From positions 1 to 39,575 of the forward strand of contig CALRFZ010000002.1 in assembly GCA_943357015.1 (NCBI GenBank): 39,575 nucleotides of DNA, read 5' to 3'. Within the stretch, counting starts at the first letter, position 1. Each line of letters opens with the position of its first letter. The stretch comes from Candidatus Staskawiczbacteria bacterium. Its GTDB lineage: Bacteria > Patescibacteriota > Minisyncoccia > Minisyncoccales > Staskawiczbacteraceae. The translations under genes and the position numbers were made by a program. Below are positions 8,558 to 16,518 of this stretch, piece by piece. A model generated the notes under the pieces. The model saw nothing but the letters and a program-made list of their open reading frames with translations. It made no database searches and was not told where the DNA came from.

Positions 8558-9880
8558 TTATACACCAATAAACTCACTTAATTCTTTTTGTTTTTCATTT
8601 AGCAAATCCTGTGTCTTAGCCTCAATAGTTAGCTTTATCACCGGTTCGGTATTAGATGGTCTTAAATTAAACCACCAATCTTGATATTCCACCGTCACGC
8701 CATCTAAATAATCTTGCTTGCCATCAATATATTTTTGCTTTATTTTTTCCAAAACTACATTTGAATCATCTGTTTTAAAAGTAAGTTGCAATGGTTTAGC
8801 ATAAATTGTTAGACCTTTAACAATTTCTGAAACTGGCTTTTTTTCTTCTGAAATAATTTGCAGTAATGTTAAAAACGCAATCATACCAGAGTCGCAATAA
8901 AAATAATCGGCAAAACAATAATGCGCGGATAATTCCCCGCCCATAATACCGCCATTTTTTATCAGGCCTTCTCGCACATTAACAAAGCCAACCTGTGTGC
9001 GAATTGGCACACCGCCCCACTTTTTAATAAATTCTGGCACAGACCGTGAGCAAATTAAATTATAAGCAATTCCTTTGCCCGTATTTTTAACCAGAAAATA
9101 TTTGGCCAAAAGCAATAAAACAATATCCGCAGAAACCATTTGACCATTTTCATCCACCAAAAAAATCCTATCGGCGTCGGCGTCAAACATAAAACCAAAA
9201 TCAGCTTTTTCTTTTTTGATTATATTAGTAATTTGATCTGATGAACCCTCTTCTAAAGGATTTGGCGAATGATTAGGAAAATTCCCATCGGGCTGAAAAT
9301 TTAATGGAATAATTTCGCAGGGCAAATGTTTTTTTACCATTTCAATCACGCTTCCCATAACACCATTTGACGCATCCACCGCAATTTTAAAAGGTTTTAT
9401 GTTTCCAGAAAATTTAAGAATGTGTTTTATATAATCAGGCCAAATATCTAAATTTTCTATTTTTAAATTATCAGTTTTAATCTCATTTTCAACTACCAAT
9501 GATAATAAATCTTTTCCCCTTATCCAAACAATATCATTACCATTTTTAACCATCATTTTAAAACCATTATAATCCTTGGGATTGTGGCTGGCGGTAATCA
9601 TAATTCCAGCATCAAAATCATAACTGCCAACGGCAAAATATAGGCCCTCGGTTGGCGTTTGTCCGATACTGGTAACTTTTACTCCCTGCGCCAACAAACC
9701 CCGCGTTAAAGCTAAAAACAACGCTGGCGACGATAAGCGAGCATCATATCCAACAACCACATTTTTACACCCAGTTAATTTAACAAAGGCCTGACCCACA
9801 GCAAAAGCCGACCGATCATCAAGTTCGTCAGGATAAATTCCTCTCACATCATAAGATTTAAATATATTCTTATTTATCAT
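8558..9880 (-). CDS. Phosphomannomutase / phosphoglucomutase (alpha-D-phosphohexomutase)
   Basis: Active-site loop TASHNPKDYNGFK, metal loop FDADADR and sugar-binding GGELSAH. Confidence 0.85.
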   Translation of the reverse strand: MINKNIFKSYDVRGIYPDELDDRSAFAVGQAFVKLTGCKNVVVGYDARLSSPALFLALTRGLLAQGVKVTSIGQTPTEGLYFAVGSYDFDAGIMITASHNPKDYNGFKMMVKNGNDIVWIRGKDLLSLVVENEIKTDNLKIENLDIWPDYIKHILKFSGNIKPFKIAVDASNGVMGSVIEMVKKHLPCEIIPLNFQPDGNFPNHSPNPLEEGSSDQITNIIKKEKADFGFMFDADADRIFLVDENGQMVSADIVLLLLAKYFLVKNTGKGIAYNLICSRSVPEFIKKWGGVPIRTQVGFVNVREGLIKNGGIMGGELSAHYCFADYFYCDSGMIAFLTLLQIISEEKKPVSEIVKGLTIYAKPLQLTFKTDDSNVVLEKIKQKYIDGKQDYLDGVTVEYQDWWFNLRPSNTEPVIKLTIEAKTQDLLNEKQKELSEFIGV

Positions 9881-9919
9881 AATTAATCATTATACTATAT
9901 GTATTATAAAGAAAAAGCC

Positions 9920-9947
9920 TTGATTTTTAAAATATATTTGCTATAAT
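9920..9947 (+). promoter_or_regulatory. Candidate rpsF operon promoter
   Basis: TTGATT - 16 nt - TGcTATAAT. The leader of about 85 nt ends in the hairpin TAGAATAT...ATATTCTA (10004-10033). Confidence 0.5.
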
Positions 9948-10037
9948 ATCAATATATAAATTACTTTGCTTATTTGTGCTCTATTTAATAACATAGAATA
10001 TTAAAATATATTTTCATATTCTACATCATCCTTTAAT

Positions 10038-10490
10038 ATGAAACCTTACGAATTAACTTATATTATATCTTCACATATTGTATCTGAACAAGTGGAAAAC
10101 CTTAAAAAGGGGGTGGAAGATTTTGTGCAAAAAAATGGTGGCGTGATTGTAAAATCCGAAAAATCTATTGCTCAAAGCTTGGCTTATCCAATCAAAAAAC
10201 ACAGCTCTGGTTTTTTTATGACATTGGAATTTAATGCAGAAGAAAAAGACATTAAGGCCTTAAAAGCGGAGTTAGAAAAAACACCTGATATTTTGCGTCA
10301 TTTTATTGTTGTTAAAATGCCCGCCAAAATTATGAAGGCACGCCGAACCAGAAAACCTGCCGTAGATGAAACTAAGGTTAAATCCAAAACTGAAAACACA
10401 GAAGTATTTAAGGAAAAGGCCATAAAAGATGAAAAACCCGTTGCAGACGAAGATATTGATAAAAAGTTAGACGAGATTCTTAGCGAATAG
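10038..10490 (+). CDS. rpsF: 30S ribosomal protein S6 with Lys/Glu-rich C-terminal tail
   Basis: MKPYELTYII start and position in the conserved rpsF-ssb-rpsR arrangement. Confidence 0.85.
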   Translation: MKPYELTYIISSHIVSEQVENLKKGVEDFVQKNGGVIVKSEKSIAQSLAYPIKKHSSGFFMTLEFNAEEKDIKALKAELEKTPDILRHFIVVKMPAKIMKARRTRKPAVDETKVKSKTENTEVFKEKAIKDEKPVADEDIDKKLDEILSE

Positions 10491-10580
10491 TTTGTAGAAT
10501 TGTAGTGAGTAGTTTGTAGAATTGAATAAAATATTTTAATTCAAGAAAAAACTACCAACTACAAACTACTCACCACAAAC
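10491..10580. repeat. Family B, copy B3 (fills the rpsF-ssb spacer), inverted relative to B1
   Basis: Core TAGAATTGAATAAAATATTTTAATTCAAGAAAAAACTA matches the reverse complement of the B1 core at 36/38 positions. Confidence 0.85.
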
Positions 10581-10587
10581 TCGTAAA

Positions 10588-11133
10588 ATGAATTTAAACA
10601 AAGCGTTCATTCTTGGCAATGTCACGCGCGACCCAGAAATGCGGTCTTTGCCATCTGGCCTTCAAGTAGCTTCATTTGGAATGGCTACTAACAGATTTTA
10701 CACTGACGCTCAGGGCATTAAAAAACAAGAAGCAGAGTTTCATAACATAGTTTGTTTTGGAAAAACCGCCGATATTGCTTCCAGATTTTTAGTCAAAGGC
10801 GCAATGGTCTTAATTGAAGGCCGAATAAAAACCTCAAGCTGGCAAGGTACTGATGGCATTAAAAAATATAAAACCGAAATTATTGCCGAAAGTTTGCAAT
10901 TGGGACCAAGACCAAGTGGAGTAAATGGATCATCATCAGGACAAAATGCAAGACCAGCCTACTCTGCGCCAACACAAACAAATCCCGCCTCCGCGCAAAA
11001 CTACGGCGTGGCGAAGGAAGAAATACCAATCATAGAAGAAAACACCCCAGTAAACTTTAATATTGAAGAACCAAAAAGTTTCACCAGCGAAGAAAAATCA
11101 GACGAAATAGACGTAAAAGATATACCATTCTAA
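10588..11133 (+). CDS. ssb: Single-stranded DNA-binding protein
   Basis: OB-fold N-terminus MNLNKAFILGNVTRDPEMR...FHNIVCFGK...LIEGRI, disordered linker and acidic tip ending DIPF. Confidence 0.9.
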   Translation: MNLNKAFILGNVTRDPEMRSLPSGLQVASFGMATNRFYTDAQGIKKQEAEFHNIVCFGKTADIASRFLVKGAMVLIEGRIKTSSWQGTDGIKKYKTEIIAESLQLGPRPSGVNGSSSGQNARPAYSAPTQTNPASAQNYGVAKEEIPIIEENTPVNFNIEEPKSFTSEEKSDEIDVKDIPF

Positions 11134-11243
11134 ATTTCCAATTACCAATATCCAATTCCCAATGAAAATCTAAATTTTTATAATTAGAAATTATGCATTT
11201 TATTGGAAATTAGAAATTAGAAATTAGAAATTAATTTTAAATT

Positions 11244-11441
11244 ATGTTCTGCCATTTTTGCCGAAAAAATATTGACGAAGTAGATTTTAAAGACATTGAA
11301 TTGTTGGCTAAGTTTGTTTCCGGTTTTTACAAAATCAAACCAAGAAAAAAAACTGGCCTTTGCAGTCACCATCAAAAGAAAGTCGCCACTGCTATTAAAC
11401 GAGCTAGACAAATGGCAATGATGCCTTATACTCCGCGCTAG
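11244..11441 (+). CDS. rpsR: 30S ribosomal protein S18
   Basis: CHFCRKNIDEVDFKDIELLAKFVS...KIKPRKKTGLCSHHQKKVATAIKRARQMAMMPY. Confidence 0.9.
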   Translation: MFCHFCRKNIDEVDFKDIELLAKFVSGFYKIKPRKKTGLCSHHQKKVATAIKRARQMAMMPYTPR

Positions 11442-11459
11442 TTGGTAGTTTGTAGAACT

Positions 11460-11499
11460 AAAAAAACAGCCATAATCAAAAGATTGTGACTGTTTTTTT
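11460..11499 (+). terminator. Terminator after rpsR (copy 1 of a duplicated terminator)
   Basis: AAAAAACAGCCATAATC-aaaa-GATTGTGACTGTTTTTTT. Confidence 0.7.
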
Positions 11500-11505
11500 A
11501 TAAAT

Positions 11506-11533
11506 TTGACATGATTTTTATAAAGAGTAGAAT
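11506..11533 (+). promoter_or_regulatory. Promoter of the 85-aa ORF
   Basis: TTGACA - 16 nt - TAGAAT. Confidence 0.5.
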
Positions 11534-11567
11534 TATGAATAGACCTATCCCTAAATAATATAAAATT

Positions 11568-11825
11568 ATGACAAAAGAAAAATCTCTAAATATAAAAGAC
11601 ATCCAAGAACTACTAAACAATCAAACGGACGTTATTTTGAGCGCGGTTAATGAAAAAATCGAAGCACTCGATTTAAAATTTAGCCAAAAAATTGATTCTC
11701 TCACAACCACACTTGATAAATTTCTTAAAAGGATGACCGATATGGAGGATGAGTTTATGATGATGAAAAACGATTTAAATAGAATGAAAAAAGTTATCAA
11801 AGAAAAATTGGGTGTAGAGTTGTAA
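11568..11825 (+). CDS. Hypothetical 85-aa coiled-coil protein
   Basis: ORF with heptad-like Leu/Ile/Met spacing. It has its own TTGACA-16-TAGAAT promoter and its own terminator. No family recognised. Confidence 0.5.
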   Translation: MTKEKSLNIKDIQELLNNQTDVILSAVNEKIEALDLKFSQKIDSLTTTLDKFLKRMTDMEDEFMMMKNDLNRMKKVIKEKLGVEL

Positions 11826-11853
11826 TAGTAAATATCTAATTAAATCTTGATAT

Positions 11854-11894
11854 AAAAAACAGCCATAATCAAAAAAGATTGCGGCTGTTTTAGT
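11854..11894 (+). terminator. Terminator after the 85-aa ORF (copy 2)
   Basis: AAAAAACAGCCATAATC-aaaaaa-GATTGCGGCTGTTTT. The first 21 nt are identical to copy 1. Confidence 0.65.
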
Positions 11895-11898
11895 TTTA

Positions 11899-11907
11899 TT
11901 ATCCACA
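11899..11907 (+). promoter_or_regulatory. Third perfect TTATCCACA 9-mer, just after terminator copy 2
   Basis: Exact match. Confidence 0.4.
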
Positions 11908-11991
11908 AAACAATATTCTTTCGTCTTTACCTAAAAAATTCTCTGACCAAACACAATAAAGTTAATGGCTAAATGCTAAATGTCATTTAAA

Positions 11992-13035
11992 CTAGCTCTC
12001 CACATCTGCCGACTCTACTGGTGTTACAGATGGAGCTAAAGCTTCCTTTTTTATTCGTTCTATGATTTCTGGATGAGCTTTCAGGTACTGTTTTGCCACT
12101 TCCGTTCCCACACCCATTTTTTCTCCATCAAACATAAAGGTATTACCAGATTGCTTTATTACGCCCGACAACAACCCTGCCCGCAATGCGTCACCCGCTT
12201 TAGAAATGCCTTCGTTATAATAAATATCAAATTCAGCTACCCGAAATGGCGCCGCTACTTTATTTTTTACCACTTTAGCCTTAACCCGATTACCAATAAT
12301 TTCATCGCCAGATTTTATCTGCGCCGTGCGTGACAAATTTACTCTTACTGAAGCATAAAATTTTAAGGCTAATCCCCCTGGCGTGGTTTCTGGATTACCA
12401 AAGACCATACCAATTTTCATACGGGTTTGGTTGATAAATATAATCATCGTATTGGATTTTGACGCAATACTAGATAATTTCCGACAGGCTTGACTCATCA
12501 TTCGCGCTTGTAAACCCATATGCTGATCGCCAATTTCACCCTCTATTTCACGCTGTGGAGTTAAAGCTGCCACTGAATCTACTACCACCACATCCACATT
12601 TTCTGATTTTACCAAAGTTTCTACAATTTGCAGGGCCTGCTCCCCACTTGATGGCTGAGAAATTAACAAGTCATCGGTATTTACTCCAAGACGCTTGGCA
12701 TAATCAGGGTCCATTGCGTGCTCGGCATCAATATAAGCACACACTCCGCCCTTTTTTTGTGCTTCAGCTACAATATGCAAAGACAGTGTGGTTTTACCAG
12801 AAGACTCCGCTCCATAAATTTCAATAATTCTACCCCGAGGCATTCCACCCACCCCCAAAGCCATATCCATAGCAATAGAACCCGTTGGAATAACATCCAC
12901 ATTCACTTTATTGCTTTCGGACAATTTCATAATTGACCCTTCTCCAAACCGCTCTTTAATTTCGTTAATTGCTGATGTTAAAGCCTTATCCTGCTTAGTT
13001 TCTTCCAGCTTTTTCTCTTTTTTTTCTTTGGCCAT
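11992..13035 (-). CDS. recA: Recombinase RecA
   Basis: [20 protein letters not shown] (Walker A), [19 protein letters not shown] and [22 protein letters not shown]. Confidence 0.95.
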   Translation of the reverse strand: MAKEKKEKKLEETKQDKALTSAINEIKERFGEGSIMKLSESNKVNVDVIPTGSIAMDMALGVGGMPRGRIIEIYGAESSGKTTLSLHIVAEAQKKGGVCAYIDAEHAMDPDYAKRLGVNTDDLLISQPSSGEQALQIVETLVKSENVDVVVVDSVAALTPQREIEGEIGDQHMGLQARMMSQACRKLSSIASKSNTMIIFINQTRMKIGMVFGNPETTPGGLALKFYASVRVNLSRTAQIKSGDEIIGNRVKAKVVKNKVAAPFRVAEFDIYYNEGISKAGDALRAGLLSGVIKQSGNTFMFDGEKMGVGTEVAKQYLKAHPEIIERIKKEALAPSVTPVESADVES

Positions 13036-13043
13036 AATTAGTT

Positions 13044-13182
13044 AATTTGAAATTTGAAATTTACAATTTGAATTCAATATTTCAATTATTTAATAATTTA
13101 ATTCGAAAACTCGTCGAGTTTTAGTATTTTCAAATTTGATATTTCAAATTGAATTCAAATTTCAAATTGTAAATTTCAAATT
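13044..13182. repeat. Family A, copy A2 (fills the ftsK-recA spacer)
   Basis: Both 29-nt termini are identical to A1. The centre is diverged and contains AAAACTCG-t-CGAGTTTT. Confidence 0.85.
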
Positions 13183-13187
13183 CACAG

Positions 13188-15413
13188 CTACACTTTTTTC
13201 CACTCATTATCTTCTGTTTTCTGCGGAGTGTCTTCTGACTCATCTAATCCGCCGGGCTCCAAACTTTCGGATTTTGGAATTATAGTAGTGTTATCTCCGT
13301 AAACTTCACGCGGTTTGGCGCCATCAGCACCACCAACAATACCCCTGTCTTCTAACATATCAATTAAACGCGCGGCGCGAGAATATCCAATTCTTAACCT
13401 TCGTTGCAAAAATGACGCTGAAGCTTTTTTGGTTTCTAAAACTATTCTTTTGACATCTTCAAATAATGGGTCGTCATCGCCAAAAAAAGTTTCTCCACCC
13501 TCGGTTTTTTCTTGCTGGGACTGATCAAGTTGGTTTTTTAAGCTTTCAATTAAATCTACCTGAGGTTCCTGCACTTTTTTACCCATTTCAGTCACCCAAT
13601 CAGTCACTCTTTTAACTTCATTTTCTGAAACGTAAGGCCCTTGAACTCGCGTAATCTTAGAGCTTTTTGACGACAAAAACAACATATCACCCATACCTAT
13701 TAATTTTTCGGCGCCCGAAGTATCAAGCACGGTGCGTGAATCTATTTGTGATGCCACTTGAAAACTAATTCTAGAACTAATATTGGCCTTAATTAATCCG
13801 GTAATAACTTCAACAGAAGGTCTTTGAGTTGCCAAAACTAAATGAATACCAGTGGCTCGCGCCATTTGAGCTAACCTGACAATACCAGCTTCTAATTCCT
13901 TGCCTTTAGCTGCCATTAAATCAGCTAATTCGTCAACAATTAACACAATATAAGGCATTTGTTTGCCTTGAGCCATAACAGTTTTATTGGCGTTATAACT
14001 TTTAATATTACGGGTTGGAATTTCAGAAAATACTTCAAATCGGCGTTCCATTTCTCGGGCCAACCATTGCAAAGCATTAATGGTTTTAGCGGCATCGTTA
14101 ATAACCGGACACAATAAATGCGGAATATCATTATAATTTTGAAATTCCACGCGCTTGGGGTCAACCATAATTAATCGTATTTGATCTGGCGTACTTTTAT
14201 ATAATAAACTTAAAATCAAAGAATTTAGAAAAATCGTTTTTCCTGTTCCAGTGGCACCCGCCACCAACATATGAGGCTGTTCTTCTAATGCGGTATAAGT
14301 TGGAGAGCCTGACACGTCTTTGCCAAGCGCCAACATTAAAGGTGACTCCGATGACTGATATTGTTGATCAGCCACCAAATTTCGCAATACCACTGTGGCG
14401 CGCACCTTGTTTGGTACTTCAATACCCACTAGTGATTTACCCGGAATTGGCGCTTCAATTCTAATTGGGTGAGCGGCTAAAGCCAAAGCCAAGTTATTTG
14501 ATAAAGTGGTGATTTTAGAAAGTTTAACTCCTTCAGCGGGCTTAAAAGCGTACTGGGTAACAGTCGGACCAACATTGACTTCGGTCATTTCCACGGGAAT
14601 ACCAAAATTTTCTAAGGTTTTTTTAATAATCAAAGAGTTTTCTTTGATGTTTCCTGAGGTTGGCGAAGTTTCATTTTTAGATAACAGGTCAATTGGTGGC
14701 AAAGAATATTTACCCTTAGACTGGGCCGACATTAAAGTCACTGCTTCTGGTTTTTGACTTTTAGCTTCTAGTGTTTTAGCCAGTTGCCATTTTCCATTTG
14801 CAATTTGCTTTTTTGGCAATTCGGTTTTTTCTGGTTCTATACCCTTAATGCGAAAATTCGGAGCATCGGAACTTTTCAGCGGATCTGGTTTTATTATTTC
14901 TTTTGGTTCTAACATTTGCATCCATACAGATTGCGTAAAGATAAACAAACCAATAATTATTGTAGTTGCAAAAACAATATTGGCCACTAAAATTCCAAAC
15001 GACCCAACCAATAATTTAGCTAATAAAAAACCTATCCAACCGCCATTCATATTGGCAAGGTCGCGCCCGCCCAACACCCCTGCAATACCAATTAAGGCAA
15101 TTATAATCGCCAAAATCAGGGCCAGATTACTGGTTTTTTTCTTAGTTTTTAAAAAAATTAACCCGCCAAGCAATAAAAATAATGGTAAAGCATAGGCAGA
15201 ATTTCCCACTAAAAACTGAGAAATTTTGGTAAACCACATACCTGCCAAACCAGCCTTATCTAAGAAACTTAAAATAATAATAATCGCAAACAAAAACATC
15301 ACTATTGCTTTAATTAAACGCTTAGTGTGTAAAGTTAAAAGATATTCTTTCTTTTTTTCTTTGCCGTTTTTAACTGGTTTTTCCAACTTTTCGTCTTTCT
15401 CTTTTTTAGCCAT
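13188..15413 (-). CDS. ftsK: DNA translocase FtsK/SpoIIIE
   Basis: N-terminal TM helices, motor domain with HMLVAGATGTGKT (Walker A) and IVLIVDELADLM, and C-terminal gamma winged helix ASASFLQRRLRIGYSRAARLIDMLEDRGIVG. Confidence 0.9.
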   Translation of the reverse strand: MAKKEKDEKLEKPVKNGKEKKKEYLLTLHTKRLIKAIVMFLFAIIIILSFLDKAGLAGMWFTKISQFLVGNSAYALPLFLLLGGLIFLKTKKKTSNLALILAIIIALIGIAGVLGGRDLANMNGGWIGFLLAKLLVGSFGILVANIVFATTIIIGLFIFTQSVWMQMLEPKEIIKPDPLKSSDAPNFRIKGIEPEKTELPKKQIANGKWQLAKTLEAKSQKPEAVTLMSAQSKGKYSLPPIDLLSKNETSPTSGNIKENSLIIKKTLENFGIPVEMTEVNVGPTVTQYAFKPAEGVKLSKITTLSNNLALALAAHPIRIEAPIPGKSLVGIEVPNKVRATVVLRNLVADQQYQSSESPLMLALGKDVSGSPTYTALEEQPHMLVAGATGTGKTIFLNSLILSLLYKSTPDQIRLIMVDPKRVEFQNYNDIPHLLCPVINDAAKTINALQWLAREMERRFEVFSEIPTRNIKSYNANKTVMAQGKQMPYIVLIVDELADLMAAKGKELEAGIVRLAQMARATGIHLVLATQRPSVEVITGLIKANISSRISFQVASQIDSRTVLDTSGAEKLIGMGDMLFLSSKSSKITRVQGPYVSENEVKRVTDWVTEMGKKVQEPQVDLIESLKNQLDQSQQEKTEGGETFFGDDDPLFEDVKRIVLETKKASASFLQRRLRIGYSRAARLIDMLEDRGIVGGADGAKPREVYGDNTTIIPKSESLEPGGLDESEDTPQKTEDNEWKKV

Positions 15414-15445
15414 TTTTATGCAATTTATATACCTAGTCTATAGCT

Positions 15446-15475
15446 ATTGTATCACCTCCCACAACTTTTTCGCAA
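15446..15475 (-). promoter_or_regulatory. Candidate ftsK promoter
   Basis: Minus strand reads TTGCGA - 18 nt - TACAAT, about 35 nt upstream of the ftsK ATG. Confidence 0.35.
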
Positions 15476-15494
15476 GTGTATAATTTTACAAATT

Positions 15495-15528
15495 AAAAAA
15501 ATCCCCACACAATCTTGCGTAGGGATTT
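15495..15528 (-). terminator. Terminator closing the GC-rich cassette, upstream of the ftsK promoter
   Basis: Minus strand reads AAATCCC-(16-nt loop)-GGGATTTTTTT. Confidence 0.5.
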
Positions 15529-15585
15529 AGTCGCCAGTAAAAAATAATGACTCCAAGTCTGACTCATAATCATCTTCATAATTTA

Positions 15586-15672
15586 TCATTTTTCTCTTGT
15601 TAATTCTACGATAATTAAAATCAGAGCGAGGCCAAATAATATACCCATGAAGATACCCAGCAAAATAACCAT
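15586..15672 (-). CDS. Candidate 28-aa single-TM peptide MVILLGIFMGILFGLALILIIVELTREK (not in the ORF track)
   Basis: ATG preceded by GGAGA with a 6-nt spacer. One hydrophobic helix plus a charged tail. Lies between the hairpin after the 187-aa ORF and the terminator at 15495-15528. It competes with an overlapping 89-aa frame. Confidence 0.3.
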   Translation of the reverse strand: MVILLGIFMGILFGLALILIIVELTREK

Positions 15673-15725
15673 AAAATTTCTCCAAAAAAAAGTACAACTC
15701 AACACAAATCAATTGTGCTATACAT

Positions 15726-15761
15726 AAACCCCACCGCTGTACGAAGACAGAAGTGGGGTTT
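15726..15761. other. Interrupted hairpin immediately 3' of the 187-aa ORF
   Basis: AAACCCCAC / GTGGGGTTT (9 bp) with inner CTGT/ACAG. Confidence 0.75.
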
Positions 15762-15835
15762 TGTGAACGAAACGGTTCAAAGGGCTTAGTTTCCAAGGGT
15801 CAAAGGAGATCCAAGGATTTGAGCAACAAGAACTT

Positions 15836-16399
15836 TTACTTGCCTGCGACGGCCGCGGGAAAGTTGGAGCCAAAGCCATAGCCGAGCCAGACGTAGCCCC
15901 AGCTCCAGGACTTACCATTGAAGTAGAGGTAACGGACGTACAGATTGCCGTCGAAGAGCCGATAAATCGTACCCCAGAAGAAGACGTACTTGCCCTTCCA
16001 CTCTCCCGGAATCAGTTCCGGGTGGGCAAGCAAGTAGTCAAGCAGGTTGGCGTTATACACCCATTGGGTTTCCAGCACCAAGCGAAGTTCGTTGCCCCCG
16101 ATGCACTCGCCGCCTTGCTGCCCTGCGGCAAGGTAGAGTTGAACCTTTTGGGGATCCCACTCCAGTTGTCCGCCTTTCTTGTGGCTCTCGACTTTCCAGT
16201 TGTTGGGGATGTACGGGGTGGCGTCCATGTCGATGATGTGTTTGACGATCGTGATCTGGGCCTGGCCGTTAATCAACCTTCGGAGATCCTTTAGCTGAGG
16301 GAAATTCCTCATCTTTGTGACCTCATCAGGGGTGAAACCCGCCAATTCCAGAGCGTCGCCGAGCTGATTCATTTGGCCGATCGAAAACATAGTAGACAT
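15836..16399 (-). CDS. Hypothetical 187-aa protein of foreign composition (no recognised domain)
   Basis: Open frame in a segment of about 55-65% G+C. AAGGAG sits 6 nt upstream of the ATG. Strong GC3 preference (ATC 7 vs ATT 3, TAC 8 vs TAT 3). The W/Y/G-rich C-terminus FFWGTIYRLFDGNLYVRYLYFNGKSWSWGYVWLGYGFGSNFP looks like real protein. The antisense 90-aa ORF looks like a shadow. Confidence 0.75.
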   Translation of the reverse strand: MSTMFSIGQMNQLGDALELAGFTPDEVTKMRNFPQLKDLRRLINGQAQITIVKHIIDMDATPYIPNNWKVESHKKGGQLEWDPQKVQLYLAAGQQGGECIGGNELRLVLETQWVYNANLLDYLLAHPELIPGEWKGKYVFFWGTIYRLFDGNLYVRYLYFNGKSWSWGYVWLGYGFGSNFPAAVAGK

Positions 16400-16465
16400 C
16401 GTCTACTCCTTAGCTGTGGACACATCCGCACTTGGACATCGTCCGAAACACAGACCACCGAAATG

Positions 16466-16518
16466 GCAGTCATAGCCCTAAAATATCAAATTCATTGATA
16501 GCTTGGGGCTATGACTGC
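16466..16518. other. Long interrupted hairpin in the 5' leader of the 187-aa ORF
   Basis: GCAGTCATAGCCC (16466-16478) pairs perfectly with GGGCTATGACTGC (16506-16518). Inner stem TATCAA/TTGATA has a 5-nt loop. On the + strand it is followed by TCTTTTT. Confidence 0.8.

Noticed and set aside
15527-15796. 89-aa ORF from the six-frame track (METKPFEPF...)
   Set aside because: It runs across the 3' hairpin of the 187-aa gene and across the GC-rich to AT-rich boundary. It has no ribosome-binding site or plausible promoter. Its C-terminal half overlaps, in another frame, the better-supported 28-aa ORF. It is probably not a gene.
15718-15918. 66-aa ORF overlapping the 3' end of the 187-aa gene
   Set aside because: It is an out-of-frame overlap within a GC-rich region, where long spurious ORFs are expected. 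No start signals are present.
16022-16294. 90-aa plus-strand ORF antisense to the 187-aa gene
   Set aside because: It has the typical antisense-shadow composition (L/V/G/D/A-rich). It has no SD, whereas the minus-strand frame has AAGGAG and coherent codon bias.
15726-16518. GC-rich island interpreted as a large structured non-coding RNA
   Set aside because: In AT-rich genomes, GC-rich islands are often RNAs. Here, however, a 187-codon open frame with a perfect SD, strong third-position bias and protein-like sequence fills most of the island. Only the leader of about 110 nt remains a candidate RNA structure.
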